From: Eukaryota sp. TZLM1-RC
Taxonomy: Eukaryota > Protista > Metamonada: BaSk clade
Length of the DNA stretch: 64,000 nucleotides
Assembly (NCBI GenBank): GCA_040285825.1
Contig: JAUPSS010000007.1
Span: 1,264,501-1,328,500, forward strand
Direction of reading: 5' to 3'
The stretch's first letter is position 1, and every line of letters begins with the position of its first letter. The notes below the pieces were generated by a model. The model was not told where the DNA came from, searched no databases, and saw only the letters and a program-made list of their open reading frames with translations. This document shows positions 24,099 to 37,454 of the stretch, in pieces. The translations under genes were made by a program, and so were the position numbers.

Positions 24099-24749
24099 AA
24101 TGTGATGTAGTTTCTCTTTATGTACAGAATTGTGTTTTATAATCATAATTATATTTTGACACCAAACCATCAACACTATACACAACTCCATTCTTCTTAA
24201 ATGACTTCTATACAAGAACCCCACAATTGAAAGTTCTTCACTTTGTTCTTTTTGTAATCCCCTCATTTAACCTGGTGTTCGCATCAATACTAGAGGTTTA
24301 ATGTATTGTCACTTTGCTTCAGCGATATAATGAGGTTAGATAAGAAGCTCGAGGTCATATTGCTCAAGATGGTTATAAGACTCGGCTCGTTGAAAGTAAT
24401 CAACTTCATTGCCATGAAAGAACCAGTGCATGGCCTTGAATGGAGCACACACAAAATGTACCATTGAATATATCATTGAATTGAAATGTCACTCCTTTCA
24501 AACCACACAGTTTTGTGGAAGAATATTCAACAAGTCGTTTGTGTTCTCAGTAGAATTTGTACATCGATCATACATGCACATTACATTGTTCCTTCGTATA
24601 TATTTATAAATTTCATTACGATAACAACTGGAAAAGATGGAACGCTGTTGATTTTCACATAGAAAATTTTTTCAATTTGTTTTCAAAATTCCAATACAAC
24701 AACAAGAAACAACATCAAAATATATCAATTTTAATTTTCAGTAAAGTTA

Positions 24750-25173
24750 CAGGTGACACTTTGGTTGAAAGAAGAAAACTTAATCCTGTAGGTGCTCTTG
24801 AATTTGAGAATCAAGAAAAACATAGAAAACAGGACACATATATCGAAGAAGCTAATGCTGATAGAAATATACAGCTAGTTTTTGTTCCTTTTTTCATTTT
24901 CAATTTCCGGAGGTCTGTCAGTAGAAGCAGGAACTGTTTTGAAAGATTTCCAAAAAATGGTTCAAGAAACAACAATGAAAGGATTTGATATTTTCTTATG
25001 GCGTTCACGGATTCAATTTGCCATTATTAATAGATTACCTCGGTTTTTCAATAGAATAAGAGGAGCTTTAGCTAGAGAGCAAGTAGATCAAGATTTTGTA
25101 GAGGAAATCTTGCTTGAATGAATTCTTCCCATTAATTATGAGTTTAATTTGTCAAGTGTACGAGTTTAATAAA
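24750..25173 (+). mobile_element. Short 3' fragment of family A
   Basis: RRKLNPV...FDIFLWRSRIQFAIINRLPRFF...FVEEIL, then AATAAA. Confidence 0.8.
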
Positions 25174-25255
25174 TGTTGGCGCCCTTAGGCTTTTATAATA
25201 TGAATAGAAAATAAATCAGCTTTATCTTAACCCACTTTTCCAACCTACGGCATCA
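25174..25255 (+). repeat. 5' LTR (82 bp)
   Basis: TGTTG...CATCA, identical to 32319-32400. Confidence 0.92.
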
Positions 25256-28200
25256 ATAATTATTGGCCATTTAGGTTCAATACCGGGAATACCACTTACA
25301 CAACTTACAGCTTTCATACAGAGGATATCTTTAGCGGATATCATGTCAGTCTCTGCCAGCCAGGACACTGAATCCTTTAAAATTTTCATGCAGCAACACG
25401 ATAGGGATGCTTTCAGCATTCATACAACATCAGAAGAAGTAGTAGAGACGAATACAGATGAGGACTCGGACTCGAGACCACCCTCCACCCCCCTCAAAGT
25501 AAACCCATGGAACCAGGCTCAGAACCACCTCCCGCCTCTTCCAAGTTCAACAAGCCAAAAAAGGTTTCAGAAACAAGAACACCCCCCCCCCTCCTCACCT
25601 AAAGACACAAATGTTGAATCAAGTTTGGAAACTTCGTCTGTTCTAAAGGATTATGAAGAACTTCAATGCGTTTTAGATGAAATAGACAACGAAGCGAAAG
25701 AATTTCGTCAACAAATAATGAAGGACGCGGAGGCTCATCTCGAACCTACAGATTACTGTTTGTTCGAGCAGCTCCCTCCTCCTTGGCAGCAAATTATAAA
25801 ATTAGGAAGAAACATGGGATTCCAGACTCTAGACCATAAAAGGGGCCCCAATAGAGTCTACGAATTCCCTCAAAGCGAGAGGAAAGAGTTAATAATTGCT
25901 TTGGACGCCTTGAGTAGGGATAATTATGGACACGGAGCAGAATGCCGTCCTAACCGGCATGGACAAAGAAATCCATGTGATCCTGGCTAAACCAATCAAA
26001 GAAAGACCTGATTGGGAAGCCATTCACTTAGATCAATTAGGGGGAAGGATCAGGTTCTTAGCCATCGAACGAAGGAGTAGAACCGTCACCGACGACATCC
26101 TGGAAATGAAATTGCCGGCATAGATGGACTCGTACTTTGATACGATCATCAATAACTACTCAGAGGTAACAAAAGGGCCTCCTACTTGTTTCAGGGAGTA
26201 TATGGAACAAGTAGACAGCATATATCCGAGCAAGTTGGAACCCGTCAGCGACTTTTTTGACACCGAAGCCCTAAATAATATACTTACGGAACGCTCAAGC
26301 GTATTCGCATTAAGGAGCCGCCCAAATAACTTTATTCAGCAATTTGGGGAATCTGCAACACGGAAGAGGAAGTTCGGATTCATGGTTACGGGCGATCAAT
26401 CAACAGAGCTCCACCAGAGACCTAAACTTCCAGCAATTGCCCCATAATATCAGAAAAAAAACAACCAGTACAAGTCTGTTCTATTGATGTACTCCCTGAC
26501 CACATCCCAACAGTAGATGATGTGACAGAACGAGTAAACAGACCTACTAGAGTGGTGCAGGAACCATCAAGTTTCTCCCAACCTATGCTTACTAGTGCAT
26601 CAGAAGATGAAGTCGAGTTGAGTGGACCTAGTTTAGATGAAACAAGCTAAAAGAGAAGAAGATATTCCATTAGGCCTTTCGACCATGAGAAATTACTTTA
26701 CAGGAGCAATTCCATTTGGTCCAGGTGCTAAACGTCGCTCGGGAAGCGGATCCAAAGGAACTCCCCAAAACAAATATGTCCCAGAAAGACATGAACGGGA
26801 GGGATCTAAGTTTTGTACATTCTGCAACGTCACCGAAAAAAATAACCCTATTGGTCACACGGTTTTTGAATGTAAAGACCCCCATTGTGCCAGGAGCAAG
26901 GTAACAAAAGAATTAAGGTTTAAGATCGGCGAGGCTGATCAGCCGGCGAGAAGTGGTAGCGTAATTAGAGGCCGAGGTGGCCGTGCTAGACGTGTATCTA
27001 GGTGTAGAGGTAGGGCCTGAGGTGGCCATTTTAGAGGACATAAAGGCAGATGTCAGTAAAGACCTATTTATTACATAAACACACAAGAGGAAACATCATC
27101 AACATCATCCCCTTCTGAGAACGTGTCAGCTAGTTCGAGCATGACCTCTCACAGACGGATTGACTGTTTCAGCAACAGGGTCAGAAACACAGGAAACTTT
27201 CCCAATCGGAAACAAATCAACGCAATCAATCTCAATCAATCAATTGCCAATTTCGGAAACCCAGTCAACAACTCCCCAACAGCTCAACAATTCTTACTAA
27301 ATCCTCTACAATTCCACAAACCCAGCTCTGATATTAATAGTATTTTTGGTATAAATTCTACGGTTAGTGAGAAGCACAACAGATTCCAGCGTTCTCCATT
27401 TCTAAGATTAGAGATTTTAATAAATAATATAAAAATGATTGCAACTATTGATTCGGGAGCGTTTTGTTCGGTTATAACAAAAGATTTGGCTAACAAATGC
27501 AACATGTCAATTAATAGAGATGATAAAATTGAGTTCTTACCATCCAATAACGTATCAAGTAAATCGCTAGGGAGTGCAAATGGTATTCTTTCATTCAACG
27601 TAGGAAGTATTGCGCACCAGGTACATTATAGACATACTCTTCCCATAATCCCGGGTTCGAACAAATTATTAATAGGGACAGACATGTTAAAACACTTGGG
27701 CTTCAGACGGATGATGGTCTTTTCATTAGATTAGACAAAGAACACCGCACTTTGTTAAATGCAGAATCAGAATTCGACTCTAGAATCGCTCAACATTCGA
27801 TTGGGAAGTTAGATAACCAATCATTGAGTCCTGATTTTGAGGAGCAATTAACAAGATGTGGTTGTGAGATAAAATTAGATGATTATAATAATAAATAAAA
27901 ATTGACGAGTCTACTAGGAATTTTCAGCGAAGTTTTTAGTGAAACTCCAAACAGAACAGGAATCGATTGTAATCCTCTAACAATTCCCTTTAGAAATGAG
28001 AATGCTATAGTACATAAACCTGCGAGGCGGTTAAATTCCAGCAAAATGGAAATAGCAACCAAAAAATTTGATGAGCTGATTGAAATGGGCTATGCAGTTG
28101 AATCTAATTGTAAATTCAGCTCTCCTATTGTCTTAGTTATATATCCTGACGGCAAGAAACCCAGGTTAACTGGAGACTTTAGCGGTAAAAATGGAGTTAA

Positions 28201-31093
28201 TGCCCACACGATTTCAGTAGAGCCTGATCTACCTGATTAGTGATATTTTAGAATTTTTAAGTAGAGCAAAACACATTGCCACGCTTGATTTACCAAAAGC
28301 TTTTTAGCAGATGAATGTAGCTGGAAAGGATATTGAGAAAACATCAATCTCAATTCCTGGAAGGTCAATCATGTTTAAAAGAGCTTGTTTCGGATTAAAG
28401 AACATCCCAGCAGTTTTTCAAAACGTATGATGGAAATTTTCCAAATTGTTGGCGTTTTTATATATATATTGATGATATCATAATAGTTGGAACGACTTTT
28501 GAAGAATTCTATAGGAGATTACAAAGAGTCCTCCAATTCGCCAAAAATAGACGTGTAAATATAGGCTTACGTAAATGCAAATTCATAACATCCAAACACC
28601 CTATTGACATTTTAGGAAGCACCTTCCAGGACAAAACTAGATTTATAAATAAGAAAAAGATCGAAGCGTTGATGAGAATCCCTAGACCAAAATCAGTGAA
28701 AGAAGTTCGCTCATTGGCAGGATCCATCAATTATATTAGAGATTGTCTTCCAGGTATTTCTGAATTAATTGCTCCAATTAACGAGCTAATTAAAGGAAAA
28801 CCCAGAACAATTAAATGGACTAGCAAGCATGACGATTACTTAAAACAAATAAAAGACTTAATAGTAAACCACATGCCCCTTAAACTACCAGCTCCGGGCA
28901 AGCGAGTATTGATAAGTACTGACGCATCAGATGTAGCAATAGCAGGTGTTATTTGGCAGGAAATTGAACCATACTCTCCTGCAGAAACCCCGCTGAATAA
29001 AAGGAAAGTGAAACCTTTGTCGTTCTATAGTAGATTACTTACAGAAGCACAAAGAAAATGGTCCACTTTCCAAAAAGAATTATATGCAATACTTTTGATT
29101 TTAACTGAAAATTGTTTAGAAAGCTACTTGTTAACTAGACATTTAACAATTTTCACAGATCATAAAAACATTGCATTCCTGGCTGCAGCCCCAGAAAAAA
29201 ATAGAATTGTAAAGAGATGGCTGTCGATACTTTCTGAATTCGACTTTGACATAGTCCACGAACCTGGTGAAGACAACCATTGGGCAGATATGTAATCGAG
29301 GATTATTGATTTGGATCAAAACGAGGAAACTCCTTCTATTTGTAGCATAAATTTACCAGATACTTTACTTTCAAATTAAGAGATACCTCCGCTAGACGAT
29401 GATTCTGATTCGAATCTTGAAGACATCCCATCAATCTCATCTCTAAGTAGACACCAAGACCTACCCATTTTTTCTTCTAGGTTCTCTAAGATAAGATCTG
29501 AACAACAAATAGCCAAAAACAACAACGACTCGTTATTTGAAAATGCAATTCTAGATGAAAATACTCAAATTTGGAAAAATAATAAAAACAAAATTTTGAT
29601 TCCAAAAAGCCTCAAAAAACAGGCACTACTATTAATACATGGTTTGGTTCAATTTGGTCACCCTAGCAAAAACGATAGTTTACACAAACTATCCAAAAGC
29701 GATTTCTACTGGCCCAATATGAGAAAGGACCTCATTAATCATGTCAAAAGATACCCAACTTGTAAAAAAACGGCTCCAGTTAAAAGATCAAAAACACCTT
29801 CCACAGGATCTTTATGGGCAGATCGTCCTTTTGCCAGATTAAACGTCGATACAATTGGACCCCTAAATTCTGACAACGAAGGAAATAAATATCTATTAGT
29901 ATTTGTAGACTCTTTTACTGGATATACAATCTTAGTCCCTCTAAAAGAATTCAATGCCTTAGAAACCGCAGATGCCTTGATTTGGAATGTTTGCGCTATC
30001 TTTGGCATACCTATGTTAATTCATAGTGGACCTGAGTTCGCCAATGAGACTTTCAAGATAGTGTGTAACAGATTAGCTATTGAGATGAGTAACTCAATAC
30101 CTCACTACACTGAAAGTAATGGACTTGTAGAAGGTAAACATATAGACGTTTTACAATGCTTGAGGAAATTGTTAATAGATTTCAACGATTACGGAAATTG
30201 GTCTACATACGTACCTATATCCCAACTATTAATAAATTCGACTAAAAGCAGAAAAACTGGTTTTACCCCATACGAACTCATGTTCGGTTCTTCGATTAGC
30301 CCAAGAACAGACCCTGCTAATATATTAGGAAATTTATCCAAATTTGAAACTAATATCCCCTTATTAGATGACATCAAAATGAAAAACACTCGTCTACAAG
30401 AAAAAACGGAAGAAGCAGAGCGTCACCAAACATTAAATACTCCGTCTTCAGTAGATAATACTAATTCGTGTTTTTTGGCATTTAATATTGGTGACTACGT
30501 CTTACGTAAAACCAAGCAAAATAATAAATTGCATGGATTTTGGAATGGACCATTTTTAGTTATTGACCTTCCTTCCGAATCCACTTTATTATTGAAGAAT
30601 CTTATTACTGGCACAGAATTAAAGGCTGCCAAGAAAGATTGCAAAATCTATAACGCAGAAAATCCACAGGGCATTGAGTTCCTCAAGGCGGTCGCTGCAG
30701 GCGATTCCGAAAAACACGTTATAGAGAAAATCCTCTCAGAATACCACTCTGATTCAGGTAGTTTCTGTACTGTTCAGTGGTTTGGCGGTGAGACAACGGA
30801 AGAGCCACTCCATTCAGTTAAACACTCAGAAGCTTATAAGTTATTTAGTAAGGATAACAAGAAAATGGGAAAACGTACCACTAGTCGACGACAAGGTACC
30901 TGCAATGAGTCTACGCCTTCTAAGAAGCCTTGACGCAGTAGTAGTATTAGGAAGAGGAGCTAATTCTTAGTTTATATCGATTATTTATATTATATCGATT
31001 ATATGTATTTATTATAGTTATTTCGTTATTTGTATATAGTTTTTATTTCATATTCATACAAGCTGATCTATTTTGAAAAAGGGGAAGAAGCAG

Positions 31094-31172
31094 TGTTGGC
31101 GCCCTAAGGCTTATATAATATGAATAGAAAATAAATCAGACTTTTCTTATCTACAATAGACTTTAGGCAACA
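31094..31172 (+). repeat. Internal variant LTR (79 bp)
   Basis: Follows a PPT. Ends are TGTTG...CAACA; the first about 46 bp match the outer LTRs and the 3' part differs. Confidence 0.85.
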
Positions 31173-32318
31173 CCTCTAAAGGAACTCAATGCCTAAGCGA
31201 CCGCAGACGCATTAATTTGAAACGTTTGCGCAATTTTGGACATACCTATGTTAATTCATAGTGATAATGGCCCGAGTTCGCCAATGACTTTCAAGACTTT
31301 CAAGATAGTGTGTAACAGATTAGCTATTGAGATGAGTAACTCAATACCTCACTACTCTGAAAGTAATGGACTTGTAGAACGTAAACATATAGACGTTTTA
31401 CAATGCTTGAGGAAATTATTAATAGATTTTAATGATTATGGAAATTGGTCTACCTATGTACTCATATCCCAACTATTAATAAATTCCACTAAAAGCAGAA
31501 AAACAGATTTTACCCCATACGAACTTATGTTTGGATCTTCGATTAGTCCAAGATCGGACCCTGCAATTATATTTGGAAACTTATCAAAATTCGATTCCAA
31601 TATTCCTTCATTAGATGATATTAAATTGAAAAATTCGTCTGCAAGAAAAAAGGAAAGAAGCAGAGCGTCATCAATCATTAAATATTCCGACTTCATTAGA
31701 CAATACTAATTCGTGTTTTATAGTATTTAATATTGGTGACTATGTTCTTCGTAAAACCAAACATAATAATAAATTACATGAATCTTGGAACGGACCCTTT
31801 TTAGTAATAGATCATCCTTCCAACTCTACTTTATTATTGCAGAATCTTACCACTGGCGCCGAATTAAAGGCTGCTAAGAAAGATTGCAAAATCTATAACC
31901 CTGAAAATCCAAAGAACATAGAGTTCCTCAAAGCCGTCGCAGCAGGCGATATGGAAAAACACGTTATAGAGAAAATCCTCTCAGAATATAGTTCTGACTC
32001 AGGTAGTTTCTGTACTGTTCAATGGTTTGGCGGTGAGACAACTGAAGAGCCTCTCCATTCAGTAAAACATTCAGAAGTGTATAAGTTGTTCAGTAAGAAT
32101 AACAAGAAATTTGGAAAACGTACTGATAGCCAACGTAAAAGTACCTCCAATAACTGTACGCCTTACAAGAGGCCTAGACGTAGTGACAGAATTAGGAAGT
32201 GATGCTAATTCTCAGTTTATATTAGATTATTTATAGTTAGTTAGTTAGTTTAGTAATTTGTTTATAGTTCAGTTCATATCCATATAAGCCGATTGATTTT
32301 GAAAAAGGGGAGAAGCAG

Positions 32319-32400
32319 TGTTGGCGCCCTTAGGCTTTTATAATATGAATAGAAAATAAATCAGCTTTATCTTAACCCACTTTTCCAACCTACGGCATCA
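32319..32400 (+). repeat. 3' LTR (82 bp)
   Basis: Follows a PPT and is followed by the TAAA TSD. Confidence 0.92.
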
Positions 32401-32887
32401 TAAATAGAAAATATTTCAGTACAATAACACAAATAAACCAACTAAACGGAAATATGCATTAATGTGCTGTCACTAATGTCCTATGTTTGACGCTGTTTAT
32501 GTCGTGATTCTGCCATAATCCATATGGATTTCTGAAAGGCTACTTACTTTCCTGGTTGTTCTGTCCATCTCCTTACTATTTGCTCAAATTTACATTGAAA
32601 CCTTTGGTTAGGTTACTTTTTTCAGAGATGAGAGATTGAATGTGATCATAGAATAAATATTGAGAAGAATAACTCTTCAATCGCTAGAAAAATAATAATC
32701 TTTTGTTTACATTCCACAGTGAGTATTTTTGTCAAAATATCCCTGTCACCTAGAAATGCCACGTCATTTGAATTATTGCCACGTCATTACACGTGGTTTT
32801 TACACCTAGAAAGCCAAGAATTGGTTTAGAAAAATTTCCAAGAACACCAATGAAGATTTGACGAAATAATACCCTAATTACAACCGA

Positions 32888-34036
32888 CTAATTCTTGAAA
32901 TAAAATTTCAAGCCAATAGCAGCAAAAAAATACAGCAGACAAAATAGAATCCAAATAGGCTTGCTAAAATCACGCAAATGACGAGAGTTGAAGCCCTCCA
33001 ACGGAGCAACCGCGAAAAGAGTGTCAAACAAGAGCAAAATTGAACCAAAAGAAATAAGATAAAAAACAACAGGTTGGAAAAGCGAATCCAAAGAGGACGC
33101 TGTGAATCGCAAAATTGTGTAGAGAAGCAGTTGGATAACAAAATTGATGATTGAAGCAACACCGTATAGTTTCCGATGGTCTAATGTCTTCCACCCGTCA
33201 CCTTTTGGATACATACTGCCAGGTAAAGGAAAAATTTGTCCATAGAAAAACCATACTATGACGACAATGATCCAACCACCAGACCATGCTCGAAACTCAA
33301 GAGGAACTCCAAAACAGTAGGAAACAAGCTTGAAGCAACTTAGTCTTAATAGAAAAGGAACCGAAATACCAATCAGTAACGTGGATACTACCATCAAACT
33401 GGGAAACCGTAACCGAAACGAAAACGCACTTCCGAAAGAATAATTCAATAGTCCTATGATGAAATGTAGAAGAATGGTTATCATAATGTAAAAGTAGCTA
33501 CTGAGAAAGGGTGATGATTGTGAATCGACCCAGTAATGATTACCAGGGTCCACAGCAATTCCAGTAGTCGACCAAACATAACATGCGTCAAAAAAGCCAT
33601 AACGTCGTGCAAAATTAAAGAACGAAAAACGATTGTATCCCTCACGAAGGAATGCATTCGCGGAGGGAGTATTGAAGCCTTCGATTTCCGTAACAACTGA
33701 AACACAATTATGTACATCTCGTAGTTGCAGTGTGGCTGCAGCAATCAACTTCTTTGCGAATCCTCTTCCTCGAAATGCAGGGTCTGTCAAAGCCCAAATG
33801 ATTTGACCAAATTTCTTACCACTTGGGGCTTTGATGATGTCAACAAGCACTGCAGCAGCTATTTTTCCATCGACTTCAATCACTTTTCCCCCGTACTTGG
33901 AAGAGGAAACAAATAAGGATAAAGTAACAGGGAAACACTGCTTTGCCAACTTTTTGATTGTGTCGTGATCTTTGCATTGATAGTCTCGAAGGATTTCCTG
34001 AGTATGTGGAGACAAGACATTTGGTGATTCACACAT
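32888..34036 (-). CDS. GNAT acetyltransferase fused to a multi-pass membrane domain
   Basis: Acetyl-CoA motifs DPAFRGRGFAKKL and NTPSANAFLREGY, with about 6 hydrophobic helices C-terminally. First ATG at 34036. Confidence 0.82.
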   Translation of the reverse strand: MCESPNVLSPHTQEILRDYQCKDHDTIKKLAKQCFPVTLSLFVSSSKYGGKVIEVDGKIAAAVLVDIIKAPSGKKFGQIIWALTDPAFRGRGFAKKLIAAATLQLRDVHNCVSVVTEIEGFNTPSANAFLREGYNRFSFFNFARRYGFFDACYVWSTTGIAVDPGNHYWVDSQSSPFLSSYFYIMITILLHFIIGLLNYSFGSAFSFRLRFPSLMVVSTLLIGISVPFLLRLSCFKLVSYCFGVPLEFRAWSGGWIIVVIVWFFYGQIFPLPGSMYPKGDGWKTLDHRKLYGVASIINFVIQLLLYTILRFTASSLDSLFQPVVFYLISFGSILLLFDTLFAVAPLEGFNSRHLRDFSKPIWILFCLLYFFAAIGLKFYFKN

Positions 34037-34679
34037 TAAAATTGTTGATGTGATTGAGAGTCTATGAATTGTCGAACACAAATCATCAGTTATACCACGT
34101 CATCGTCAGTATATTGGTATATCTACAAGGTGACAACGATGTTGATGAACTGTGATGTTTGTGTAATGTGATGAAAAACTCTATACAATGGTTTCCTCTA
34201 CAAAATCCTTATCTTGTTTTCAAGCAATTGCTTCACTGATTTGAGTTTATGTTCTGAATCAGGGATTCTGTCAGGTGGGTAATAGGGAGAGTTGTTTCAT
34301 CACTGGTGAAGTCTTCGAAATAGAAATACATTTCACTATAAATGTTGTTGTTACTGATTAACTTGCTATTTCTATTAATAAACCTCTTTTTTCTCTCTTT
34401 ACTTCTTTGGTATTTCTGCCTAACGGCATCATAAAGAACAATAATCCAACCTGTCCAGACTCTATAATAGTGTAAAAACTGACATAGTCTTTACAGGAGA
34501 GAAATAAATAAATCAGTTATCAGAGAAATCCATGTCTGAGACGTAAATGGTGATTGAAGAAAATCCAAGTCTGGAATTGGATTGACATCCTTAATGTCTG
34601 ATGAACATAACATATAATAATATAATACGAATAATATTATTCAAAATATTATATACTGTACTATACTGTAACGTAATGT

Positions 34680-34980
34680 ATTATTAGGGCTGTATCCAAG
34701 CCGACTTTTGGATAAATTTGCATGTATATGTTACGAAACACCAGCTGACAATTTCCATCATATTTTAAGTTGTTAGAAATTTCTTCAATATCGGTCAGTT
34801 CTTCATAATGCTGTTTGTGATGTGACACATGAAATCTATAAGTGTTCCAATTTCAGTTTCAAAGTAGAACCGTTGTTGAGGCATTGCAGCGAAAATAATT
34901 TGTTTAATTCACGTCGACAAGATTTAATTGCTCCATTTGTTGAGTCCTTTCAAGTTGTTGTTGATTTTACTGATGATCTT
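34680..34980 (+). mobile_element. Decayed family B fragment
   Basis: Matches 10060-10350 and 62615-62850 (ttagggctgtatccaag...aattcacgtcga). Confidence 0.75.
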
Positions 34981-35719
34981 TGCTCGTTAATGTTAGACAT
35001 ACAGTAGATGACAGTGTATATAGAGTTGTGTGGTATGAAAATAGTAAACGCACACAATACTTTATCAACAAAAAACGTAGTTGTAATGGGTGGCAAAATG
35101 ATGAATACCCAAATACTCCCGGTTTGGCTGTTTATTTAAAGAAAGACGTTGTGCCATTTGATGGTATAGCTAAAATTCATAGTTTGGAGTATTACAAAAA
35201 GTCCCAAAAAAAAGAGTGGTGGTACTAATACAAGATGATTGGTTGTCCTTGTTTCAGCAGGACAATGCCGTAAAACTTATCGACGTGGACGATGTTGATC
35301 CAAAATCAAACATGGGAAATCATTTCGACTTACTGAATGACGATGTAGCATAGACTAGTATTAAAAATAAACACTTTGATGACAAATGGACTTTTCATCG
35401 TTAAAGTGATATTAACCCCTCGTGAAGGTGATGATAACGTTTTTATAACCTCAACTAAAAGTAGCAGCGCCAGAAAAATGACTGAAGGAATATAAGCAAA
35501 GTTAGCCCGAACGTGAGTATCTTGGAAATCACCCTTCAAAAAATGTAATATCAATGTTAAAATTAATTAAATGAAAAAATTTCAGCGTCCCACTGGTTGA
35601 AATGCAACCAGGGCTTTAAGCTCGTGATTGAGAGGAGGGTGTGGGCAACCACGATCATGACTCTCCTTTCCAGAAAAAGAAAATCAAGGTATCTTGATTT
35701 TGACGCATTATAAGAAGAT

Positions 35720-36112
35720 TGAAATGAAGAAGAATGTACGGAAAAGGAAAATTTGGCAGCATTTGCTTAAAATTGTATAACAAAATGCTGTTGATTGTTT
35801 GCTTCCTGACATCTGTAGTAAATGTTTTCCAGACAATGTGCAAAATATACCATCTAGAACACTAGTTAACTTGAGGTATTGTGTTGAAAAATTGCAACAA
35901 AAATTAAGAATAATTTTTGAAGGTTTGGATTTTAATATTCGTCCTGGTTCGGCCAAAAAAGATAATTCCGCTTTCGCAAATTTGTTGTAAATGCCCAAAA
36001 AAGTTTTTCGTTATGTCTGATTACTAAGATGCCTCACATTTATAGTCTTCTTTTATATGATACCAAATTTTCTTGTACAGTGCGCCTTTGTTGTTTTATT
36101 TGGCCACATAAC
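35720..36112 (+). mobile_element. Decayed RLE non-LTR fragment (family C/D/E-like)
   Basis: KCFPDNVQNIPSR...KLQQKL..IFEGLDF is homologous to 43780-43895. Confidence 0.65.
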
Positions 36113-37450
36113 TGTTGACGTCCTTAGGCTTTTATAATGTGAATAGAAAATAAATCAGCTTTATCTTAACCACTTTTTCCAACCTACGGCATTGATAATT
36201 ATTGGCCATTTAGGTTTAATACCAGGAATACCACTTACACAACTTACAGCTTTCATACAGAGGATATCTTTAGCGGATATCATGTCAGTCTCTGCCAGCC
36301 ATGACACTGAATCCTTTTAAATTATCATGCAGCAAAAAGATAGGGATGCTTTCAGTATTCATACAACATCAGGAGAAGTAGTAGAGGCGAATAAAGATGA
36401 GGACTCGGACTCGAGACCACCCTCCACCTCCCTCAAAGTAAACCCATGGAACCAGGCTCAGAACCACCTCCCGCCTCTTCCAAGTTCAACAAGCCAAAAA
36501 AGGTTTCAGGAACAAGAACACCCCCCCCCCCTCCTCACCTAAAGACACAAATGTTGAATCAAGTTTGGAAACTTCGTCTGTTCTAAAGGATTATGAAGAA
36601 CTTCAATGCGTTTTAGATGAAATAGACAACGAAGAGAAAGAATTTCGTCAACAAATAATGAAGGACGCGGAGGCTCATCTCGAACCTACAGATTACTGTT
36701 TGTTCGAGCAGCTCCCTCCTCCTTGGCAGCAAATTATAAAATTTGGAAGAAACATGGGATTCCAGACTCTAGACCATAAAAGGGGCCCCAATAGAGTCTA
36801 CGAATTCCCTCAAAGCGAGAGAAGAGAGCTGATTAACGCTTTAAACGCCTTGAGTAGAGAGACTTACGGATGCGGGGCAGAACTCCGTCCTAGGATAACC
36901 GGTATGGATAGAGAAATTCATGTGATCCTGGCTAAACCAATCATAGACAGACCTGATTGGGAAGCCATTCACTTTGATCAATTCGGGAGAAGGATCTGGT
37001 TCTTAGCCATCGAACGAAATTGTAGAATTGATACCGACGACATCCTGGAGACAAAATTGCCGGCATGGATGGACTCGTACTTTGATACGTAATTACTCAG
37101 AGGTTACGGACGGGGCTCCTACTTGTCTCAGGGAGTATGTGGAACAAGTAGACAGCATAAATCCAAGCAAGTTGGAACCCGTCAGCGACTTTTCTGACGC
37201 GGACGCCCTAAATGATATACTTACGGAAGGTTCAAGCATCTCCACATTTAGGAGCCGTCCAAACAATTTTATTCAGCAATTCGGGGAATCTACAACAAGG
37301 AAGAAGAAGTTCAGATTCATGGTCACGGGCGATCAATCAACAGAGCTCCACCAAAGACCTAAACTTCCAGTAATTGCTCCCATAATATCAGAAAAAGAGC
37401 AATTTGTACATGTCTGTTCCATCAATATACACCCTGACCACAACCCAACA
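36113..37450 (+). mobile_element. Truncated second chromovirus copy (LTR plus 5' gag)
   Basis: LTR at 36113-36194, and gag near-identical to 25343-26512. Confidence 0.9.
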
Positions 37451-37454
37451 TAAC

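Larger units (their letters stand above)
25174..32400 (+). mobile_element. Ty3/Gypsy chromovirus, chimeric and coding-defective
   Basis: Identical 82-bp TG..CA LTRs with a TAAA TSD. Gag has a CCHC knuckle; protease IDSGA; RT YIDD (about 28465); RNase H STDASD; integrase; chromodomain VIEKIL...VQWFGGETTEEP. A PPT gaaaaaggggagaag precedes the 3' LTR. Confidence 0.93.
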
